Source: Dehalococcoidia bacterium UBA5620 (GTDB lineage Bacteria > Chloroflexota > Dehalococcoidia > GIF9 > UBA5629). Taken from it: a stretch of DNA of 64,000 nt. Within the stretch, counting starts at the first letter, position 1; every line of letters starts with the position of its first letter. Positions 57,923 through 64,000 of this stretch are shown here, in pieces. The notes below the pieces were generated by a model that was given only the letters and a program-made list of their open reading frames with translations, was not told where the DNA came from and did no database searches. The translations under genes were made by a program, and so were the position numbers. The stretch is taken from the NCBI GenBank assembly GCA_002423605.1, contig DIKK01000022.1, positions 34,882-98,881 on the forward strand, read 5' to 3'.

Positions 57923-58247
57923 ACGCCGCTTCGGTGCATTTGGAGATGGCAAAGGATAGCCCTCACAACTCAGCCTTTCGCATTGTCTCACCGTGCTCAG
58001 GGTCCCGTATAGGAGGGCACAGGCTGACGTCTTGTGTAATTTGTTCGTTTGATTTTCTCGGTTCGCAGGTGTATAGTTAACAGCGATTTGAAACTATGGT
58101 ATATCTCCTTTAACAAAATACCTGCACCTCTTCGAAGGTCTATTGCACAAAATTAACAGAATTTTGACATTTGCTTAGCACATGTTTAACAGTCCCCCTG
58201 TAAGATAAAATTATGTCCAGACATATAGACAACTCAAAGACTACCAT

Positions 58248-58838
58248 ATGGCAATTTATGATTTTCTGCTAGTTCCTCTTGGCTATCTACTAGGTTCCAT
58301 CCCATCCGCATATATTATAGGCCGGCTGGCCAAGGGCGTTGATGTGCGAACCGAGGCTGATGGCCGTATAAGTGCTGCTGCTGTATACAGAAGGGCTGGT
58401 GTTATTCCCTTCCTGGCGGTTATCGCAATGGATGTAGGTCAGGGAGCCGCTGCTATCCTAATAGCCAAATTCCTTACTGATTCTCTTTTGGTTATATTGC
58501 TTGCCGGCTTGGCTGCAGTGGTCGGCCACAATTGGTCGGTTTTCCTAAAATTCAGGGGTGGACTTGGTGCTACCACAACCTACGGGGTATTAGCTGGTCT
58601 GGCTATATGGCAATTATTAATTGCGGGACTGGTAGCAGTGGTGCCTTTTGTAGTGACACGCAAATCGGGGCTAAGCACCGGGGTTTTGATTGGTACCATA
58701 TCTATAATATTTTTAGTCCAGAGGATATTCTTCGACCAAGAGATCTCCGTGTTTTTGATCGTTTACCCGCCTATGCTTATCGCCTGTATGCTGTTAAAAC
58801 GTTTCCAGATAAGGAGGCCAGTTTCAAATAGTATATGA
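58248..58838 (+). CDS. plsY: PlsY-family (G3P acyltransferase fold) membrane protein, divergent
   Basis: GYLLGSIPSAYIIGRL ... GHNWSVFLKFRGGLGATT, but the GSGNxGATN motif is replaced by ADGRISAAA. Confidence 0.5.
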   Translation: MAIYDFLLVPLGYLLGSIPSAYIIGRLAKGVDVRTEADGRISAAAVYRRAGVIPFLAVIAMDVGQGAAAILIAKFLTDSLLVILLAGLAAVVGHNWSVFLKFRGGLGATTTYGVLAGLAIWQLLIAGLVAVVPFVVTRKSGLSTGVLIGTISIIFLVQRIFFDQEISVFLIVYPPMLIACMLLKRFQIRRPVSNSI

Positions 58839-59437
58839 ACAATTTAGTTAGGATAGCCGTTTTATCTGATACACACGCTGGTAAAGTCAACGAGCTACCG
58901 CTCGCTTTAGTGGATGCTTTGATAGGTATGGATATGGTTGTTCATCTTGGTGATTACTCTTCTGGGGGGTTGGTGAACGAGCTAAAAAAGACAGGCAAAT
59001 TCCGTGGTGTCCGGGGCAACCATGACCTTGGGGATATTCATACCATGTTACCCAAAAAGGACGTCGTTGAAGTAAATGGGAGAAGGATAGGTCTTCTTCA
59101 TGGCCACGGTTGTTCTTTTCCCAGGGGGCTTCATAAAGGGTTGATAGCCCAGTTCAAAGAAGAAAAGATGGATGTTATACTTTTTGGGCATACTCATATA
59201 GCGTCGAGTAAGGTTGTGGAAGATGTCCTGCTTTTCAACCCTGGCAGTGCCGCTGGCAGATTTCCTGCCCGTAATAGGACATACGGCATTCTGACTATCG
59301 GGGAAACCGTCAACGCAGATATAGTCAATATAGCCGGAGGGCATCACTGGGCGCATAACGCTTCTATACCGGAGCCCATACGCTATCTAGTTCACCGCAT
59401 GGCGTACGATTGGGGCATTTTAATCAAAAATATCTAG
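58835..59437 (+). CDS. Metallophosphoesterase (YfcE/MJ0936 family)
   Basis: LSDTHAG...HLGDY...GNHD...GHTH. Confidence 0.8.
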   Translation: MNNLVRIAVLSDTHAGKVNELPLALVDALIGMDMVVHLGDYSSGGLVNELKKTGKFRGVRGNHDLGDIHTMLPKKDVVEVNGRRIGLLHGHGCSFPRGLHKGLIAQFKEEKMDVILFGHTHIASSKVVEDVLLFNPGSAAGRFPARNRTYGILTIGETVNADIVNIAGGHHWAHNASIPEPIRYLVHRMAYDWGILIKNI

Positions 59438-59561
59438 ACACATTATGTGATAAGCTCTTCCCACTACGGAGCAAGTTTGCTGTCCTACTATAGTCTTAGC
59501 CATTTTCTGCTCAGTAAAATAAATCGGATTCCCTGAATGGTATACTATACCACCAAGCGCT

Positions 59562-60200
59562 ATGTACTCTATGGATGTCTGGTTTAACCAACTTGTTTCC
59601 CAGGCTATGGATGCTCTTAACCAGGGCAGCGCTGCAGGTCTGGTAGCTTTGTTCTGCGTGGTAGCCTTTACCGAGATGGGTGTGCCTTTCCCTTACTTGC
59701 TGGATAGCGTTATCTTTCTGACCAGCTATGAAAACGGCCCGTTATCTGTCCAGGTAGTCCGCACAGTCTTGGTTGTATTTCTGGGGCGGCAATCTGGAGC
59801 CGCCATTATTTACCGGCTGACGCATTTCCTGGGCGATCGACTTATTGGCCGGTTGGAAAAGCGCTTTGCTTCGCTCCGCAGTAATATCGAGCGGATTACA
59901 TGTAGGCTCAGCAGCCAGACATATTTCGCTGTGGCTATAACCAGGCTGACAGGGCTTCTGACTTTAGTCTCTGCTACCGCAGGGGCTTTGCGCTTACGCT
60001 ATCGTTCCTTTTTCTTGGGCGTTGCCTTGTCAGCGTTTATCTTTGATGGCAGCCTGGTTATCTTGGGTTTTGTTACTCGGCAGTCGTTTAAGTGGCTGGG
60101 GTTCACACCTCCGCTATGGATGGTTGTCATCGGGTTTATCTTGGTTACCCTGGCTTGGACACTACGCCAGTTTGTGTTCAAACGTAGATTGCCCACATAA
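59562..60200 (+). CDS. DedA/TVP38-like membrane protein (tentative)
   Basis: Multi-TM with F.E.G.PFP... motif region. Confidence 0.4.
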   Translation: MYSMDVWFNQLVSQAMDALNQGSAAGLVALFCVVAFTEMGVPFPYLLDSVIFLTSYENGPLSVQVVRTVLVVFLGRQSGAAIIYRLTHFLGDRLIGRLEKRFASLRSNIERITCRLSSQTYFAVAITRLTGLLTLVSATAGALRLRYRSFFLGVALSAFIFDGSLVILGFVTRQSFKWLGFTPPLWMVVIGFILVTLAWTLRQFVFKRRLPT

Positions 60201-60449
60201 AACTAGCATCTAGATAGGTTGGTAGAGTAAGATAGCTTCAGAAGCCTGCCTGTCCAAACCGAACAGACGAGGCTATCTGGAGGAACCCAATAGGTGAAAA
60301 GACTCAGGAGGCGATAAGATACAATTTGACGGGTGGTTGAGGTTGGAGTTCCACGGGGTCAGGGGTACCTCAGATGCAGGGCTACTGGACTAGCACAGTT
60401 GTTTGGCAAACCAGTCCCAAAGGATCACGTACTCTAGATGGCAGGAGCG

Positions 60450-60482
60450 ATGAGGGGTAAATATTATCTTATCGTGAGTTGA
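60450..60482 (+). other. Conserved 10-codon upstream mini-ORF, copy 2: MRGKYYLIVS
   Basis: atgaggggtaaatattatcttatcgtgagttga, 72 nt upstream of the SDR start. Confidence 0.4.
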
Positions 60483-60554
60483 GATGTAATTGTGTCCACA
60501 GGCAAGTCCGGCAACCTAGGTGTAGCCTGTTTAATAAATTTAAGGAGGTGTAAT

Positions 60555-61346
60555 ATGGACTTGAATCTGGCTGGCAAAACAGTGGTGATTACCGGCGGCG
60601 GTTCCAACATCGGTCGGGGTATGGTCTTGGCTTTTGCACGGGAAAAAGCCCGCGTGGTAATTGCTGACATAGATGAGTCACAGGGGCAGAAGGTGGCTCG
60701 GGAAGCTGGTGGCTTAGGTGGCAAGGCGGTGGCCATCAAAGTAGATGTTACCGATGTTGACTCGGTCACTGCCATGGTCAAGAAAACGCTCGAGCAGTTC
60801 GGCAAAATAGATATACTGGTCAACAATGCCGGCTGGGTCATGGACCGGCTATTTATTGAGAAGCCGAGGGCAGAATGGGAGAAAGAAGTAAATATCAATT
60901 TCTGGGGGGTTATAAACTGCACCAGGGCGGCCTTAGACCATATGATTGAGCGGAAATACGGAAAGATTATCAACATCGGTTCTGATGCTGGCAGGATGGG
61001 GGAGTACAGGGAGGTAGTCTATGCGGGTACCAAAGGTGGCATTATTGCTATGTCTAAAGCCTTGGCCCGAGAATTAGGTCGCTTTGGCATAAATGTCAAT
61101 GTTGTCTGTCCTGGAACTACTATGCCTGAAAGCCTAGAGCATTCTGGCGAGCTAAGTATGTGGAAAGGCCCGATGGGGCAAATATTCACCACGGCAGCTC
61201 AGGAGAAAGCAGCCAAATTATATCCTTTGCGCCGTCTAGGCAAGCCAGAAGACATGGCTAACCTGGCCATCTTCTTAGCTTCGGACGCTGCTGGCTATAT
61301 TACAGGACAGACTATCAGCGTTAGCGGCGGCTATACTATGATGTAA
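60555..61346 (+). CDS. Short-chain dehydrogenase/reductase (SDR)
   Basis: TGGGSNIGRG...NNAG...YAGTKGG (Y...K); strong RBS AAGGAGG. Confidence 0.85.
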   Translation: MDLNLAGKTVVITGGGSNIGRGMVLAFAREKARVVIADIDESQGQKVAREAGGLGGKAVAIKVDVTDVDSVTAMVKKTLEQFGKIDILVNNAGWVMDRLFIEKPRAEWEKEVNINFWGVINCTRAALDHMIERKYGKIINIGSDAGRMGEYREVVYAGTKGGIIAMSKALARELGRFGINVNVVCPGTTMPESLEHSGELSMWKGPMGQIFTTAAQEKAAKLYPLRRLGKPEDMANLAIFLASDAAGYITGQTISVSGGYTMM

Positions 61347-61361
61347 CAGGAGGTTTTCAAG

Positions 61362-62224
61362 ATGAAAGCTATTGATGTCCATGTTCACCCCAGCACAGCA
61401 GCCTTTGACCGTAAGCGTATCTGGGGTCATGAGCTGATGGAGTATACCTCCAAATACTACGGAGTCGAATATAAAGTTAAGACGGATGAGGAGATGGCCC
61501 AGGATTTCAGGGCGCTGGATTTAAAAGCTATCTTGATAGGCTGGGACACCCAGACCAATAGTGGCATTGATTCCAATAACTCCAATGACGAGGTTGCAAA
61601 GCTAATCAAGAAGTTTCCAGATGTATTCATCGGCGGTTGGGCTATGATTGACCCTTGGAAAGGGAAAGCAGCCATAAAAGAATTGGAGAGATGCGTTAAG
61701 GAGCTAGGGTTAATAGGGCTGAAGTTCCAGCAAGCTCTCCAGGCTTTCTACCCTAACGATAGGCGGTTTTATCCTCTATATGAGAAGTGTGTGGAGTTGA
61801 AGATACCGGTTTCCTTCCACACCGGGACCACTGGTGCTGGTGTGGAATGCCCGGAGGCCACGGCATACACTTGAGCTATGCTATGCCTATCCCCCATATC
61901 GATGATGTGGCTGCCGATTTTCCTGAACTGACTATAATCATGATTCACCCTGCCTGGCCCTGGCATGAGGAGCAGATCGCCGTCTTGTTGCATAAGGGGA
62001 ATGTCTACGCTGACCTCTCTGGCTGGGCGCCGAAGTATTTTCCTGAGGTTATCAGGCGTGAGGTAAATGGGCGTCTGCAGAATAAGTTCATGTACGGCTC
62101 TGACTATCCTGAGATTCTGCCCCAGCGCTGGCTACGGGAATTTGAAACTGGCGGCTACAAACTGGAGGTTATCGAGAAAGTTTTTTATAAAAACGCCCAG
62201 AGGATACTGAAACTCAAGGTTTGA
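61362..62224 (+). pseudogene. Amidohydrolase-2-family gene split by a frameshift near 61840-61870
   Basis: Frame 1 runs MKAIDVHVHP...SFHTGTTGAG then stops. Frame 2 continues ...HPAWPWHEEQIAV...YGSDYP. Confidence 0.6.
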
Positions 62225-62475
62225 AGGCTGTAATCAGCATGGCCAAGACAGGCGACCCCTACGATAATGCTATGATGGAGATCTTCTTCAGGACATTAAA
62301 ATACGAGGAGATGTACCTGTACGAGTTTTAGACTATGGGGGACGTGATAACCATGCCCCCTTATTTTATTGAGGAGGTCTATGATAAGAAGTGCCTACAT
62401 TCAGCCCTGAATTATTGTTCACCTAATGAATTTGAGGGACTATTGTTTATGCAACAGAAAAAAGAAGGTAGCTAC
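62225..62475 (+). mobile_element. IS3-family transposase 3' remnant, frameshifted
   Basis: ...AKTGDPYDNAMMEIFFRTLKYEEMYLYEF* then ...YFIEEVYDKKCLHSALNYCSPNEFE. Confidence 0.65.
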
Positions 62476-62547
62476 CAGACTCTCCTAACCTTTTCTGTAC
62501 CAGCCATAAGGATGCAGTCCAAGGCTATATCGGTTTGTCCAACTTGC

Positions 62548-63252
62548 TCAGTTAAAATCTTCGGTGACGTAGACTTTGTTGTCGGCTGATATACCTGCTC
62601 CAATGCCCTGGGATGTCCAAAACCCGTTGAGGATATTATTTCTATGTCCCGGGCTATCCATCCAACCTTGCACCACCAGCGAGGCGATGTTATCCTGACT
62701 GTGATAATCTGAGTGGGAATAAACGTTATTGACATACCAGTTGACCCTGGCCTGGGGACAGAGAAAGATATTCTCGGCACAGCCCCGGATGGTGAGTCCA
62801 GCTTGTTCACAGCGCTCCATAGGTCCATAACCTTCCGGGCTGGTGTGGTCGAAGTAGTTTCGTTGCACCATATCTTCACTGTGCTTTCTGGCGATCATGC
62901 TGAGACTGTCATTCCAGGCCAGTGGTGGCAAACCCTGCTTTGTCCTCTCGGTATTGATAAGACTGTGGATTTGTGTCTCAAGCTCTGCTACGTTTATCCC
63001 CGGAACTTTTGCCACTGAAGCACCAGGTGACATTTTATTCACCGGAGGTGTTGGATTTAGTTTAGTATCGGCTTCTGGGCCGGTCTCATCTGGCTTGTTG
63101 GTTGGTGGATTCTGGGTGATGGTTGACTGGTTGACTTCAAGGGTTATCTCTTCGATAGGACCTGATGTCTGAGGTGGTTCAGCAGCGGCACAGCTCGCCA
63201 GTAAACTGGTCAGCAACAGAAACAGACTTACTATAGCTATGCGCCGCTGCAT
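62548..63252 (-). CDS. CAP/SCP (YkwD-like) domain secreted lipoprotein
   Basis: Signal plus lipobox LASC; CAP motifs HSEDMVQRNYFDHTSPEG...GCAENI. Confidence 0.75.
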   Translation of the reverse strand: MQRRIAIVSLFLLLTSLLASCAAAEPPQTSGPIEEITLEVNQSTITQNPPTNKPDETGPEADTKLNPTPPVNKMSPGASVAKVPGINVAELETQIHSLINTERTKQGLPPLAWNDSLSMIARKHSEDMVQRNYFDHTSPEGYGPMERCEQAGLTIRGCAENIFLCPQARVNWYVNNVYSHSDYHSQDNIASLVVQGWMDSPGHRNNILNGFWTSQGIGAGISADNKVYVTEDFN

Positions 63253-63267
63253 CGTATGATTTAGTGT

Positions 63268-64000
63268 TCAATAAGCGGAGATGGTTTCTGATGGCAGCTT
63301 GTCAGCAGAAACCATCTCGCGAGCCGATACATCTACCTGGGGCATGCTGTCGGTATAGTGCGGTTTGGGCGGCGTTAGCTCTTGCTCGAGCTTGTACATC
63401 TTCACCTCGGTGACGGTATTGATTAGGCTGTAGACTATCTGTACCGACCCGTCGTGCTTTCCTTCGTGTCCGCGTTGCAACCAGCAGGTTAGTATCTCCC
63501 ACTCTTGGTAGATATCACGTGCCCAGACCACCACGGGACCGGAGGCGCCTTCTCCAGTTTCTTCTTCAGATTGCTGTGGCGCATCTTTGCTTGCCATCTT
63601 TCTCCAATTAACGGACACTACCCTCAGCGGTCTTTTTGAAGCATAGTCGCACTGTGCGTTTTCTTTTTCCGAAGCAATCTCTGATTCCACAAAGCTTGGA
63701 GGAGGTAATTCGGGCGCTGGCGGCGCTTTGGCTTCCGCGATCGCCTTCATTCCGGGCATCCCCTCGGGAGAAATCTTAGTTTTGATTTCGTCTTCATATT
63801 TTTCGAGGAGTTCACCGAACTTCTCCATAAGCTGCTCTCTGGTTGATGGCGGACCAAGCCTTTGCTTTTCTCCCCCTATCATTACCACGGTAGCTGGTGG
63901 AGGTGGCATCTGTGGTGGCATAGGCTGGAATGGTGGCTGGAAATACGGTGGGAAAGGCGCTGGCCTGTGAGGCCTGTTAGATAGTTTATAAATGCCATAG
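63268..64000 (-). CDS. Pro-rich hypothetical protein, probably continuing past the window end
   Basis: Track ORF starts at 63921 (MPPQMPPPP), but the frame stays open upstream to 63999 (…PFPPYFQPPFQP). Confidence 0.4.
   Translation of the reverse strand, partial: YGIYKLSNRPHRPAPFPPYFQPPFQPMPPQMPPPPATVVMIGGEKQRLGPPSTREQLMEKFGELLEKYEDEIKTKISPEGMPGMKAIAEAKAPPAPELPPPSFVESEIASEKENAQCDYASKRPLRVVSVNWRKMASKDAPQQSEEETGEGASGPVVVWARDIYQEWEILTCWLQRGHEGKHDGSVQIVYSLINTVTEVKMYKLEQELTPPKPHYTDSMPQVDVSAREMVSADKLPSETISAY

Noticed and set aside
1-64000. CRISPR arrays, rRNA genes, intact tRNAs
   Set aside because: No short regularly spaced direct repeats were seen, no rRNA-like conserved stretches, and no intact tRNA cloverleaf.

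Overview
Read by eye from the sequence and the ORF track only; no searches were run. The window, about 47% GC, falls into two parts. Positions ~1-15.5 kb form an accessory hotspot: a stack of at least five decayed integrative-element scars. Each scar is a 60-90 aa tyrosine-recombinase C-terminal remnant (catalytic-Tyr box LGH[AS]SVAFTMD[TV]YSH) followed within ~10 nt by a ~38-nt copy of a tRNA 5' half, plus shorter scars still. Four paralogous ~57-aa excisionase-like HTH genes share a conserved leader, and two conserved non-coding repeat families are present. Cargo genes sit between the scars: a Dam-class MTase plus HNH nuclease (likely R-M pair), an ICMT-family methyltransferase, an HD-GYP protein, a zinc-ribbon FtsK lacking a transmembrane domain, a PAS-GGDEF protein, a RelE/RHH toxin-antitoxin pair, a DUF2178/XRE pair and orphan proteins. 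No intact tRNA, rRNA or CRISPR array was found. The remainder (15.5-64 kb) looks like an anaerobe chromosome backbone, possibly Chloroflexota/Dehalococcoidia-like (low-confidence inference). It carries a large PAS-GGDEF sensor, ftsY, lgt, recJ, mtaB-like, a lipoprotein serpin, and an AT-rich EVE-domain protein with a possible PD-(D/E)xK nuclease domain (candidate modification-dependent restriction enzyme). Next come a DOMON/YedY-like extracytoplasmic module and 2-oxoacid:ferredoxin oxidoreductase. An ~11-kb single-strand oxidative-stress, copper and Fe-S supercluster follows (Rieske, SOD, ferritin-like, YHS, CopA, flavodiiron protein, flavin-reductase-rubredoxin, rubrerythrin-like, TusA, IscU, IscS, TrxB, Grx). 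After it lie a Tat-less molybdopterin oxidoreductase, a five-repeat secreted protein, an SNase-like nuclease, a PlsY-like protein, a frameshifted amidohydrolase and an IS3-family transposase remnant. Most notable is a conserved 10-codon upstream mini-ORF, MR(D/G)KY(R/Y)LIV(N/S), present in two unrelated 5' leaders.
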